DNA of 64,000 nt, taken from a virus. Shown piece by piece: positions 8,426 through 18,554 of this stretch; the stretch's first letter is position 1; each line of letters begins with the position of its first letter. A program made the position numbers and the translations under genes. The notes beneath the pieces were generated by a model, which saw nothing but the letters and a program-made list of their open reading frames with translations, was not told the DNA's origin and ran no database searches. The DNA lies in the IMG/VR virus record IMGVR_UViG_3300042987_003836, positions 5,927 to 69,926 of that record, one strand, 5' to 3'.

Positions 8426-11400
8426 TTAGACGCTTGGTTTAGGACCACTGGAGAAGTTTCCAATTTCCTCATCAAGCTCTGGGACTGCCTCAAGCATGAA
8501 CTTGTAGCGCTTACCCGTCTTGTTGAAGCGGATCGTAAGGAAGTCCTCTTCTTCGATTAAGGTATAGTCACCGCGTTCGTTCTTGAGATGCAAGTCACCG
8601 GTGTAGATGTTTGCCCATCTGTTCGTTGATGAACCTAGCGAGTAAGTTACATCCGCGGACGGAAGGATGTTCGAGTTAACCTTCGATGTGAATGTAACAG
8701 TGTCTGTGTTTGCGTTACCGAGGGTAACGTTACCATCAACTGTGAGATCATTATTAATCGAAGTCGTACCTGTTGTGGCGCCGATCTCAACGGCCGTGGC
8801 TGCACCACCGATGTTGAGAGTCGTGACTGTGCTGTTGAGAAGGTTGAAGGTCGTCGCGGACGACGTAACATCTCCTCCGTTAACTGCAACATCACCAGCG
8901 AAGGTGGTTGTGACGCCCGAGCCTGCGAAGGTCGTTGTGCCATTGACTGTGACTGTATCGCCAGATGCGTCACCGAGGGTGACGTTACCGTTGAATCCGG
9001 CCGAGCCAGTGACTCCAAGGATTCCTCCGACCTGTGAGTTTCCTGCAAAGGTCGTCGTGACTGAAGCACCAGCAAAGGTCGTGGTACCGTTGACTGTCAC
9101 TGTATCAGCAGCTGCATCACCGAGAGTTGTGTTACCATTGACCGTCGCGTTACCGACGAAGGTTGTTGTAACAGCAGCTCCTGCAAATGTTGTTGTACCG
9201 TTGACCGTGACCGTATCAGCAGCTGCGTCACCGAGGGTGACGTTGCCATTGAATCCAGCTGAGCCGGTGACGCCTAGAGCACCGCCGACTTGTGAGTTAC
9301 CTGCGAAGGTGGTTGTAACACCTGCGCCTGCGAAGGTTGTCGTACCGTTGACTGTCACTGTATCGGCTGAAGCGTCGCCAACTGTAACGTTACCGTTGAG
9401 GGTAGCAGCACCTGTAACAGTGAGGCCGCCACCAACAGTTGAGTTACCCGAGGTGCTGAGGGTGAAGAACGATCCTGTCACGCCTGTGAGCGTGTCGGTC
9501 GTCTTGTTGTAGGTGAGTCCAGCATCACCACCGAATGCAGTACCTCCGTCGTTGAACTGGATTTGGGTATCGACACCGGCGACGAGAGAGCCTGCATTCA
9601 TTGAGGCTGCAATCGTAACCGATCCGTTCGATCCTGTTGTGATGGTAACGTTGTTACCTGCGACGAAGGCAGAGGAACCGTCTGTGAGCTTGGTGAGAGA
9701 ACCGCTGAGGCCTGCGTTAAACTTCACGGCGCCTGTGAATGTTGTTCCGCTGACTGTTGCAACAATGCTGTCGTTAATTCCAAGTGTAACGTTTCCTGAG
9801 CTTCCACCACCGGTGAGACCTGTTCCAGCTGTGACGTCTGTTATGTCTGCCTGTGTGCTGATTGTGACAGCTCCGTTAGATCCTGTTGCGATCGAGATGT
9901 TGTTACCTGCAATGAGGTAAGATGAACCATCCGAAAGCTTGGTGAGAGAACCGCTGAGTCCCTGGTTAAAGGTTGCTCTGCCGTTGACTGTGACCGTATC
10001 AGCAGCTGCGTCACCGAGGGTGACGTTGCCATTGAAGGAAGCTGAGCCTGTAACACCTAGTATGCCGCCAACCTGTGAGTTTCCAGCGAAGGTGGTTGTT
10101 ACGCTTGCTCCTGCAAAGGTTGTCGTGCCGTTGACTGTGACCGTATCAGCAGCTGCGTCACCGAGGGTGACGTTGCCATTGAATCCAGCTGAGCCGGTGA
10201 CGCCAAGAGCACCACCAACCTGCGAGATGCCGCTAACAGTTGTGTTGCCAGCGAACGTTGTTGTCACCGAAGCGCCAGCAAATGTCGTTGTACCATTAAC
10301 TGTCACTGTATCGGCTGAAGCGTCGCCGAGAGTAACACTACCGTTGAAGCCAGCTGATCCTGTAACTCCGAGAGCTCCACCAACCTGTGAGTTTCCTGCA
10401 AAGGTCGTTGTAACAGAAGCACCAGCAAAGGTAGTTGTACCATTAACTGTCACTGTATCAGCAGCTGCATCTCCAAGAGTCGTGTTACCATCGACTGTAA
10501 GAGAGTTGTTGATTGACGTAGTGCCAGTTGCAGCTCCAATCTCAACGGCCGTGGCCGCACCACCGAGGTTGAGAGTTGTAACAGTGCTGTTGAGAAGGTT
10601 GAATGTCGTCGCGGACGACGTAACATCTCCGCCGTTAACAGCCACGTCACCAGCGAAGGTGGTTGTGACACCTGAGCCTGCGAAGGTTGTCGTACCGTTG
10701 ACTGTGACTGTGTCACCGGATGCGTCACCGAGGGTGACGTTACCGTTGAATCCAGCTGAGCCTGTAACACCAAGGGCTCCACCAACTTGCGAGTTTCCTG
10801 CAAAGGTGGTTGTCACCGAAGCGCCAGCGAAGGTCGTCGTGCCGTTGACTGTCACTGTATCAGCAGATGCATCACCGACTGTAACGTTTCCGTTCAATGT
10901 AGAAGCACCTGTAACGGTAAGGCCGCCGCCAACAGTTGAGTTACCCGAAGTGCTGAGGCTAAAGAACGATCCTGTCACACCCGTGAGGGTGTCGGTCGTC
11001 TTGTTGTAGGTGAGACCTGAATCTCCGCCGAACGAACCAGCATCGTTGAACTGTAGCTGTGTGTCTGAACCGCCAACGAGAGAACCGGCGTTCATTGAGG
11101 CTGCAATCGTAACTGCGCCCGAAGATCCAGTTGTGATCGTAACGTTTGCTCCTGCAATGAATGCGCTTGTTCCGTCAGTCAACTTGGTGTGAGAACCGCT
11201 GAGGCCAGTGTTCGAAACGAGGAACACAGAAGATCCTGCACTGTTCTGAACATCGACGAGAGCACCTGTCTGACCTGCAACACCCGCCTTGACTAGGAGG
11301 ACCTTGTCAGACGATGTCGAAGAACCAGAAACAAGTACCTTTGTCGTGTCTATTGCAGTTGTACCGACTGCGAGGCGTGATCCCGAAACAACGAGCGTGT

Positions 11401-13162
11401 TAGCTCCGGAAGTACCTGCAACAACTCTGTTGTCGGACAAGACTTCAAGAATCGGAAGACCTGAAGAATTGTTGACAGAGAGTAGTGAACCAGACATGCT
11501 GTCAGTAACAGAGAAGAGAGATCCAGAAGATCCAACAACTTCGAGTTTACCGCTTGGCTGTGTGGTTCCAATTCCAAGGCTGCCGCTGGTGTTGTTCCAG
11601 AAGAGCCCATTGCTTCCGCTGAGGACGCCGCCTGTTCCTGCAAGAACAACCTGTCCTGCTGAAACATTGCTGCTCGTTATAGATCCGCTGATGTTTGCAA
11701 CCTTGAGAAGGTTCGAGGCCTTCGTGAAGGTGAAGTTTGCATTTCCACCAAAGACGCTGCCGTCATTGAACTGGACCTGTGTATCAGCGCCTCCGGCGTT
11801 TGCTGTAACTGTGATCGCACCGTTAGAGCCTGTGGTGACTGACATGTTAGTTCCAGCGATGATGTAGCTGGTTCCGTCGGTGAGCTTGGTGTGTGAACCG
11901 CTGAGACCCGAGTTGACCTTTACTGCACCTGTGAAAGTAGCTCCGCTGACAGTTGCAACGACAGAGTCATTGATTGCAAGTGTGAGGCTTCCTGAGCTTC
12001 CACCACCGGTGAGACCTGTTCCTGCAGTAACGTCTGTTATGTCTGCCGTTGTGCTGATTGTGACAGCTCCATTGGAACCGGTTGCGATGGAGATATTGCT
12101 ACCTGCGATGAGATAGCTGGTTCCGTCAGAGAGCTTCGTGAGAGAACCGCTGATTCCCTGGTTGAAGGTTGCTCTACCGTTGACTGTGACTGTATCGGCA
12201 GCTGCGTCACCGAGAGTGACGTTACCGTTGAAAGCAGCTGATCCGGTGACACCGAGGACGCCACCGACTTGTGCATTACCTGCGAAGGTGGTTGTAACAG
12301 CAGCTCCTGCAAATGTTGTTGTACCGTTGACTGTGACTGTATCGGCAGCTGCGTCACCGAGGGTAGTGTTACCATTGACCGCTGCATTACCTGCAAATGT
12401 CGTTGTAACCGATGTGCCTGCGAACGTTGTTGTACCGTTAACCGTAACTGTGTCAGCGGATGCATCACCAACCGTAACGTTACCGTTGAGGGTGGATGCT
12501 CCGGTAACGGTAAGACCACCTCCGACGGTTGAGTTACCCGAAGTGCTGAGGGTGAAGAACGATCCTGTCACACCCGTGAGGGTGTCGGTCGTCTTGTTGT
12601 AGGTGAGTCCAGCGTCACCACCGAATGCGCTACCTCCGTCGTTGAACTGGATTTGAGTGTCTGTTCCAGCGACGAGTGTGGATGCGTTCATCGTACCGGC
12701 GATGGTGATCGATCCATTCGATCCCGTAGTTACGACGATGTTCGATCCTGCCACGAGGTAGCTTGTTCCGTCAGTCAACTTAGTGAGAGAACCACTGAGG
12801 CCGCCGGTTGCCGTAAGAGCTCCGACAGACTGAAGTGTTCCTTGAACAACAGTGTTGCCCGTTGAAGACGCAACAGTAAACTTGCTCGTTCCTGATGAGT
12901 CACGAACCGTGATACCAGAAGAAGCAGCATCAAACTGAGCAACACCAGAAGTGTTCTTCAGTAAAAGACTGCCTGATCCAACGACAGATCCGCCAAACAC
13001 TGCGTAATCAGTGCTAGACGAACCTGAGACGAAAAATGTGGCATCGCCTGGAAGCGACGGGAACAGGTTGTCCGGTCTGTTCGCGAATATTACTGAGCCA
13101 GTCAATCCAACTTTAGAATTAGATTGAATACTACCTGATATATTACTTAATACTAACGCCAT
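8426..13162 (-). CDS. Long repetitive fibre protein (1578 aa)
   Basis: 13 GDAxxDTVTVNG units, 6 SGSxTKLxDG modules, QFND modules, C-terminal RWANIYTGDLHL module; AGGAG SD. Confidence 0.85.
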   Translation of the reverse strand: MALVLSNISGSIQSNSKVGLTGSVIFANRPDNLFPSLPGDATFFVSGSSSTDYAVFGGSVVGSGSLLLKNTSGVAQFDAASSGITVRDSSGTSKFTVASSTGNTVVQGTLQSVGALTATGGLSGSLTKLTDGTSYLVAGSNIVVTTGSNGSITIAGTMNASTLVAGTDTQIQFNDGGSAFGGDAGLTYNKTTDTLTGVTGSFFTLSTSGNSTVGGGLTVTGASTLNGNVTVGDASADTVTVNGTTTFAGTSVTTTFAGNAAVNGNTTLGDAAADTVTVNGTTTFAGAAVTTTFAGNAQVGGVLGVTGSAAFNGNVTLGDAAADTVTVNGRATFNQGISGSLTKLSDGTSYLIAGSNISIATGSNGAVTISTTADITDVTAGTGLTGGGSSGSLTLAINDSVVATVSGATFTGAVKVNSGLSGSHTKLTDGTSYIIAGTNMSVTTGSNGAITVTANAGGADTQVQFNDGSVFGGNANFTFTKASNLLKVANISGSITSSNVSAGQVVLAGTGGVLSGSNGLFWNNTSGSLGIGTTQPSGKLEVVGSSGSLFSVTDSMSGSLLSVNNSSGLPILEVLSDNRVVAGTSGANTLVVSGSRLAVGTTAIDTTKVLVSGSSTSSDKVLLVKAGVAGQTGALVDVQNSAGSSVFLVSNTGLSGSHTKLTDGTSAFIAGANVTITTGSSGAVTIAASMNAGSLVGGSDTQLQFNDAGSFGGDSGLTYNKTTDTLTGVTGSFFSLSTSGNSTVGGGLTVTGASTLNGNVTVGDASADTVTVNGTTTFAGASVTTTFAGNSQVGGALGVTGSAGFNGNVTLGDASGDTVTVNGTTTFAGSGVTTTFAGDVAVNGGDVTSSATTFNLLNSTVTTLNLGGAATAVEIGAATGTTSINNSLTVDGNTTLGDAAADTVTVNGTTTFAGASVTTTFAGNSQVGGALGVTGSAGFNGSVTLGDASADTVTVNGTTTFAGASVTTTFAGNTTVSGISQVGGALGVTGSAGFNGNVTLGDAAADTVTVNGTTTFAGASVTTTFAGNSQVGGILGVTGSASFNGNVTLGDAAADTVTVNGRATFNQGLSGSLTKLSDGSSYLIAGNNISIATGSNGAVTISTQADITDVTAGTGLTGGGSSGNVTLGINDSIVATVSGTTFTGAVKFNAGLSGSLTKLTDGSSAFVAGNNVTITTGSNGSVTIAASMNAGSLVAGVDTQIQFNDGGTAFGGDAGLTYNKTTDTLTGVTGSFFTLSTSGNSTVGGGLTVTGAATLNGNVTVGDASADTVTVNGTTTFAGAGVTTTFAGNSQVGGALGVTGSAGFNGNVTLGDAAADTVTVNGTTTFAGAAVTTTFVGNATVNGNTTLGDAAADTVTVNGTTTFAGASVTTTFAGNSQVGGILGVTGSAGFNGNVTLGDASGDTVTVNGTTTFAGSGVTTTFAGDVAVNGGDVTSSATTFNLLNSTVTTLNIGGAATAVEIGATTGTTSINNDLTVDGNVTLGNANTDTVTFTSKVNSNILPSADVTYSLGSSTNRWANIYTGDLHLKNERGDYTLIEEEDFLTIRFNKTGKRYKFMLEAVPELDEEIGNFSSGPKPSV
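8690..12800. repeat. Dispersed near-identical coding repeats inside the long fibre gene
   Basis: Identical 68 bp at 9207-9274 and 10137-10204; near-identical blocks at about 9440-9560, 10935-11010 and 12530-12650. Confidence 0.9.
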
Positions 13163-13226
13163 GATGCATTTCTCCTAGGAAAGAGGCTGACGTTAATTAT
13201 TAACAAGACAAAGAGTTAACGATATT

Positions 13227-14078
13227 TTATCGACGATCTTGAGAATTTGGCTTAGGACCTGTTGAAAATTTCCCTACTTCCTCATCTAGCTCTGGCAGGG
13301 GTGTCATATTTATTTTGTAGCGTTTCCCCGTCTTGTTATTTCTCACAGTGAGACAGTCGTCCTCTTCGATGATCGTCCAGTCTCCTCTCTCGTTCCTCAA
13401 GTGCAAGTCACCTGTGTAGATATTTGCCCATCTATTTGTGACGGATCCAAGAGAGTAAGAGACGTCGGCTCCTGGTAAAAGAGACCCAGCGACGGAGACT
13501 GATCCATTGACAGAAAGTCTATCAGCAGTGGCTGCAGTTCCTATTCCAACATTTCCGCTTCCGGAAACGAATAGCAAACTTTCTCCGACACTGTTTTGTA
13601 CATCTAAAACAGGAGCCTCTTGAGATGATATACCAGATTTTATAGAAAGTGTGGCCTGATTTATGCTAGCAGAGCCAGAGACAAAAAGTCTTGCTGTAAA
13701 TGAAGTGGATCCTATTCCAACTCCAGACCCATTGTCATAAACTCCGCTGTCACCTAGAGAATTTGGAGATGTATACTTTGACAAATAATTCGTAGTACCA
13801 GCCCCGAATAACGTGCCAGATTCAGAAGCAGAAGATATTGTGACTGCACCTGTAGATCCAGTCGTAATGGTGATGTTGCTTCCAGCTACGAGGTAGGGAG
13901 ATCCATCTGATAGCTTGGTTAGAGAACCCGAAAATGCAGTCGCATAAACGTTGTTCCATTTCTTAGAGAGAGATCCAAAGTCGTAAGACGAGTCAATACC
14001 GGGTGTCAAGGATCCCGTTATCGAGGCCGACCCTGTTATCGTCGTTATTCCAACTAAGCTTGGTGAATCTATTCTCAT
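13227..14078 (-). CDS. Short fibre-like protein with the same C-terminal module as 8426..13162
   Basis: RWANIYTGDLHLRNERGDWTIIEE...KTGKRYK...PELDEE.G.FS.GPKP; one SGSLTKLSDG module. Confidence 0.75.
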   Translation of the reverse strand: MRIDSPSLVGITTITGSASITGSLTPGIDSSYDFGSLSKKWNNVYATAFSGSLTKLSDGSPYLVAGSNITITTGSTGAVTISSASESGTLFGAGTTNYLSKYTSPNSLGDSGVYDNGSGVGIGSTSFTARLFVSGSASINQATLSIKSGISSQEAPVLDVQNSVGESLLFVSGSGNVGIGTAATADRLSVNGSVSVAGSLLPGADVSYSLGSVTNRWANIYTGDLHLRNERGDWTIIEEDDCLTVRNNKTGKRYKINMTPLPELDEEVGKFSTGPKPNSQDRR

Positions 14079-14202
14079 TTCATAATTTGGAGATAATGTA
14101 CACCACGCGAAAGACGAATAAACGTGACAAACATTAGTTTTAGGGATCCTTAAGTAATTCTACTATGGTCCCTGTGTCTGTTATTTATAAATTGCAGAAA
14201 AT

Positions 14203-14442
14203 TTATGAAAGAGAATTTACAATTTGTGTGAGTGAAGAGATGTCTTCCGCATCGTCAATTTGAATTTGCAACGTCGCATATCGCTCCCTAATTTCTTGAC
14301 GCGCATTTTCAGCCTGAGAAAAAGCAGGACCAGGTATCTGCTTTGAAATTATTTCATCGTAAGGAGAGAATTCCGCAGCCCTCGAGGTGCGTCTTTTATT
14401 GTGAGCTATTTCCTTTGCCTTATCAATATTAATTTTTATCAT
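14203..14442 (-). CDS. Small tail-fibre-associated protein (assembly chaperone-like)
   Basis: IKINIDKAKEIAH..RR..R is typical of genes that follow phage fibre genes; ATGA overlap with the upstream ORF. Confidence 0.55.
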   Translation of the reverse strand: MIKINIDKAKEIAHNKRRTSRAAEFSPYDEIISKQIPGPAFSQAENARQEIRERYATLQIQIDDAEDISSLTQIVNSLS

Positions 14443-14690
14443 GAATTATTCTCAAAATCAGATGAACTGCCTCCGATGCCATCGGTCAATATCCCGGGAT
14501 CTATTTCCCACGCAGATCTAAAAGTTCTGTCTTCAGGAACGTCTGAAGCATCTATGATCTTGAAAGGTTTGCCAGCTGGTACGTCTTTTAAAGCGATGTT
14601 GATTATCCCGCAAGTGGAAAGAGCCTCGGGAGACGGCACTATAATAGCAACGCCGCCGTCTTCAGTCTGATAGACTATCCTTGGACTCAT
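14439..14690 (-). CDS. Small tail-fibre-associated protein
   Basis: GGVAIIVPS...KDVPAGKPFKIID..DVP.DR.FRSAW; GGAG SD. Confidence 0.6.
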   Translation of the reverse strand: MSPRIVYQTEDGGVAIIVPSPEALSTCGIINIALKDVPAGKPFKIIDASDVPEDRTFRSAWEIDPGILTDGIGGSSSDFENNS

Positions 14691-14710
14691 GCCATCTCCT
14701 GAATCAAATC

Positions 14711-17700
14711 TTACCTAAAAATTGTAGCATTAACATTTGAAGCATCAGCAGCGGTAAATCCGCTGGTTAATGTTGATACTCTAAATAGGCTAGACGTTCT
14801 GGGAGTGACATCATCTCTAGATTTTATAATATCGACACCGTTTGTACCACCAACAGAAAGAGATACAGTGTAGTTTTCGTCAGGCATGGGAGAAGAGAAA
14901 TTCACCGTGTAATCTCCCGTTCCGTTGTCTGTTATGCTAGAAACATTCTGACTGGCTCTTATGGATACTGTTCCTGTCCCATTGAAGTTCACCCAAGCTC
15001 GAGCTCCATAATATGGGGCAGAGCCTGAAGTAGTTGTAATGCTTCCAAGGGTTGTGGCTCCTGATCCCCCAGCAACGGGTCCCCCTACTGCTATGTATCC
15101 CGATGTAGGAAGAGAGAACGTGATATTCGCCTGAGTCGAAGACGTAGCAGTAGCAGACTTAGGAATCATCTTGCTATAAGACGTATCGAACACCTCGATA
15201 TCATAGAGGCTTATTCCAATCGCATGATTCACAGTGACAGAAGTGGCATCCGTGAAAGACGCAGTTGCATAACTTATGGCACCAAGAGATATCGTGACAG
15301 AACCATTTGATCCTGTGACTACGACTATTCCGTCCCCAGCCTTAATATATGAAGTACCATCTACGAGCCTCGTAAGAGATCCAGAAATACCAGCGGTGTG
15401 CTTGGTGACGCCCGTAAATGTTGTTCCACTCACCATCGCAACAACAGAATCGCTTACGTCAAGTGTAATGTTTCCTGTAATTCCTCCGCCAAGAAGACCA
15501 GTACCCGCATTTACGGCAGTGATGTCTCCAACAGTTCCATCGTTTGTGATAACAACTGATCCATTCGATCCTGTCGAAATCGTGATGCCTGGTCCTGCAA
15601 CAAGGTAGGAAGATCCATCAGTAAGCCTTGTTAAAGATCCGCTGAATCCTGTAGCGGCAACAACGTAAGTTCCCGTAACTGCCTGTGTATTCTTGTTGTA
15701 AGAAAGACCAGAACTAGCCCCGAATTCTCCTCCATCATTGAACTGGATTTGTGTGTTTGTTCCTGCAATGACTGCAGCTCCGTTCATAGAAGAAGAAATG
15801 GTAACAGATCCGTTCGATCCCGTGGTTATTGCGATATTGTTTCCTGCAACAAGGTAGGATTTCCCGTCTGACAATCTCGTCAAAGAGCCGCTAAAACCTG
15901 ACGTCGCAAGAACAGTATGCGATGTCACGCTTGACGAGAAGTGAGCAAAGGAAGCAGAGACTATTCCAAGGTGGTCTATTGAAGAAATAGTTGCTCCCGA
16001 GCTATTCCTTACATCAAAGATTTTTGCCGTAGGAGAAGAGAGACCCGCCTGAACAACAAAAACAGGAGAAGCTGCGGCAGAAGTTCCAACAGTATGAAAT
16101 CTTCCTGAAGGATGTGATGTACCAATTCCGACTTGAGAGCCTGTTACCGTTAGTGTGCTTGAATTGTATCCTCCTCCGAGGTTTACCTTAAAGTCTGAAA
16201 ACACCTCAAATATGGGAACGCCACTAACAGCGCTTATAGAAAAGAGAGAACCACTTAAATTATCATCGACAGAGAAGAGAGATCCTGAGACTCCAAACAC
16301 CTCAAGCGGCATATTTGGCGAACTTGTTCCAATGCCAAGTCTATTGTTAACATTGTCCCAGTATAGACGAGAATTGGATCCTGTTAAAAGACCTCCGGGA
16401 CCTGAAAAAACTATAGATCCCAGCGTAAGACCGGACCCTGTCAAAGAACCGCTTATGTTGTATGCATAAATATTCCGCCAATTATTTGAGGAAGATCCTA
16501 GGTCGTAATTATTAGAAATTGCAGGAATTAAGTTTCCATGAAACTCAGAATTACCATACACAGTTAAGTCATTTGAAAAAACATTCCAGCGCTTAGCAGA
16601 AGATCCCAAGCTGTGTAATAAATCATTTCCCGGGAGAAGAGAGCCTGTAATTGAAGTAGAACCTGACACGGTAAATTTGTCAGTTCCCGATACCGTTCCT
16701 ATTCCAACGGTGTTGCCGTCATCGTATATGATGCTATCAGTAAGAGTATTTGTATCCTGCCATCTTGAGACGTAATTGGGAGTTCCGAATCCATCGACGA
16801 GGCTTCCTCCGTTTGTACCGCCTACTGCGTCTATTACTATGGTTCCGTTAGATCCCGTCGTGACAATGACATTAGATCCGCCAACGATGTAAGGATCTCC
16901 AGAGACAAGTCTCGTCAAAGATCCGCTGAGGCCGGCGTTAAATGTAACAACACCCGTGAATGTTGTTCCACTAACAGTCGCAACCACAGAATTGTCAACA
17001 TATAGGGTTCTATTTGAGCTTAGGTCGCCGCCGCCGAGGAGACCGCTACCAGCAGATAAAGTTGTTGACTTTAGAGCTCTATCGTTCAAGCTAGAACTAA
17101 GGCCAGTTACTTGAGATTCAGAAATTTGAATTGAAGTCGCGGTGACTCCAGTAATTCTTCCTTGAGCATCTGAGGTAAATACAGGAACTTGAGACGCACT
17201 ACCGTATGTGCCAGCAGAACCAGTATTGTTGAGTGCAATTGTAATTCGACCTGTTGAGCCTGTTGTAACATTGATCCCAGCGCCACCGACGATATATGAA
17301 GTTCCATCAGTCAGACGTGTAAGAGAACCGCTAAGGCCTGTATTAAATTTAATTGCACCCGTAAATGTTGTGCCGCTTACCATTGCAACGACAGAATCGT
17401 TTACTGCTAGAGTGACTGATCCACTCAAGCCACCGCCTAGAAGACCGGATCCTGGTGAAATTCCTGATATTGTTCCGCTATTTACAGTAGATAAAATAAT
17501 CGAGCCATTTGAGCCTGTGACAACAGACATGTTGCCTCCGGCGACTAAGAAAGAGGAACCGTCTGAGAGCCTGGTTAGAGAACCGCTTATGTTTGTGGCG
17601 ACTAGAGCTCTTCTGTCTCTGGCGAATTTTAAATCTGACGACGCAGAAAGAAAACCAAGATAATTGTACTGTATCTCAGTATCATAGCCTGCAGCAGAAA

Positions 17701-17866
17701 GTTGACTTCTGGGGTTGAAAAGTCCTAGAGAATCTCTGAAGCTAAACGCTCCGTCTACATACCTGATGCCACCAGCTATTGTAGGATTATCACCGGATGT
17801 TCTATTTTCGAGGACTATGCCCTCTTCATCGGCCTCACCCGGTCTTCTATCTGGTGTCCTAGCCAT
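14711..17866 (-). CDS. Tail fibre protein (1051 aa)
   Basis: 6 SGSLTRLxDG modules, GIGT repeats, C-terminal ARAWVNFNG...VSSITDNGTGDYTVNF fibre-tip domain. Confidence 0.8.
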   Translation of the reverse strand: MARTPDRRPGEADEEGIVLENRTSGDNPTIAGGIRYVDGAFSFRDSLGLFNPRSQLSAAGYDTEIQYNYLGFLSASSDLKFARDRRALVATNISGSLTRLSDGSSFLVAGGNMSVVTGSNGSIILSTVNSGTISGISPGSGLLGGGLSGSVTLAVNDSVVAMVSGTTFTGAIKFNTGLSGSLTRLTDGTSYIVGGAGINVTTGSTGRITIALNNTGSAGTYGSASQVPVFTSDAQGRITGVTATSIQISESQVTGLSSSLNDRALKSTTLSAGSGLLGGGDLSSNRTLYVDNSVVATVSGTTFTGVVTFNAGLSGSLTRLVSGDPYIVGGSNVIVTTGSNGTIVIDAVGGTNGGSLVDGFGTPNYVSRWQDTNTLTDSIIYDDGNTVGIGTVSGTDKFTVSGSTSITGSLLPGNDLLHSLGSSAKRWNVFSNDLTVYGNSEFHGNLIPAISNNYDLGSSSNNWRNIYAYNISGSLTGSGLTLGSIVFSGPGGLLTGSNSRLYWDNVNNRLGIGTSSPNMPLEVFGVSGSLFSVDDNLSGSLFSISAVSGVPIFEVFSDFKVNLGGGYNSSTLTVTGSQVGIGTSHPSGRFHTVGTSAAASPVFVVQAGLSSPTAKIFDVRNSSGATISSIDHLGIVSASFAHFSSSVTSHTVLATSGFSGSLTRLSDGKSYLVAGNNIAITTGSNGSVTISSSMNGAAVIAGTNTQIQFNDGGEFGASSGLSYNKNTQAVTGTYVVAATGFSGSLTRLTDGSSYLVAGPGITISTGSNGSVVITNDGTVGDITAVNAGTGLLGGGITGNITLDVSDSVVAMVSGTTFTGVTKHTAGISGSLTRLVDGTSYIKAGDGIVVVTGSNGSVTISLGAISYATASFTDATSVTVNHAIGISLYDIEVFDTSYSKMIPKSATATSSTQANITFSLPTSGYIAVGGPVAGGSGATTLGSITTTSGSAPYYGARAWVNFNGTGTVSIRASQNVSSITDNGTGDYTVNFSSPMPDENYTVSLSVGGTNGVDIIKSRDDVTPRTSSLFRVSTLTSGFTAADASNVNATIFR

Positions 17867-17869
17867 TGT

Positions 17870-18487
17870 TTATTTCTTCTGCTTCTTTGTCTTTATTTTA
17901 GATGACTGTTCTTCTATTTTTTCTACAGCCTTCTCTTCTTGCGATTCTATTTCGACTTTTTCAGCTTGCGGAAGTGCATCTTCAGTGAGTCTTCTTAATT
18001 TAATCGAAGGGCCAGGTCTTGTTCCCACTGCTCGTCCTTGTGATTCTTCTGCTTGTGCGGTCTCTCCCGATGATTGATTTTCTTCAGCTAGATTTCTTTC
18101 GAGAGCTCTTTTAAGAAGCTGCTGTCTGTTAATCTCTTCATCTCTGTATTTTTTAGCAATTGAAACAGCCTGCTGAAAAGCATTTATTTTTCCAGCCTGC
18201 GCCTGTTTGCTGTTTTCAGCAATATTTGCAAGGTTAACGATGTTATTTCTGGCTCGTTCGAGGTAAGACTTTATGGTCTTTGATACTTCGAGATCTGTCT
18301 CTTTTTCATCAAGATCTTTGCTGACAACTTTAACAAGATTTTCAATTGAAACTGCAGCATTTCTTAGTGCATTAACAGCTCCCTCTTCTCTATAGAGGTC
18401 TTTAGTTGCACTTTCAAGAGCATCGTCGAGACGATTTCCTAGCTCATTGACTGCAGTTAGTTTTGCTTCAGACTTTAGTAGACTCAT
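17870..18487 (-). CDS. Coiled-coil hypothetical protein
   Basis: 205 aa, helical and charged; AGGAG SD lies within a hairpin. Confidence 0.7.
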   Translation of the reverse strand: MSLLKSEAKLTAVNELGNRLDDALESATKDLYREEGAVNALRNAAVSIENLVKVVSKDLDEKETDLEVSKTIKSYLERARNNIVNLANIAENSKQAQAGKINAFQQAVSIAKKYRDEEINRQQLLKRALERNLAEENQSSGETAQAEESQGRAVGTRPGPSIKLRRLTEDALPQAEKVEIESQEEKAVEKIEEQSSKIKTKKQKK

Positions 18488-18539
18488 AACGCTCCTGCGA
18501 GATTTTCAACATTATACAATTATCTCACAGGAGCGTTAA
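18487..18539 (-). promoter_or_regulatory. 17-bp hairpin sequestering the RBS, with an embedded TTAACG-N17-TATAAT promoter
   Basis: Arms 18487-18503 and 18522-18538 match at 16 of 17 positions; the mismatch is a U-G pair on the minus strand. Confidence 0.7.
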
Positions 18540-18554
18540 TTTATCTACTTTATG

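Noticed and set aside
8690-12800. Repeats considered as a CRISPR array or DGR template/variable repeats
   Set aside because: They are in-frame coding repeats with mostly synonymous differences; no unique spacers, cas genes, adenine-specific variation or reverse transcriptase
8647-12865. Many long plus-strand and alternate-frame ORFs over the fibre gene
   Set aside because: Antisense or frame shadows of repetitive Gly/Thr/Val codons; no RBS or independent protein features
14182-14189. Canonical T4 late promoter TATAAATA on the minus strand
   Set aside because: The only intergenic copy I noticed; the main structural genes have ATANTTA instead, so chance cannot be excluded
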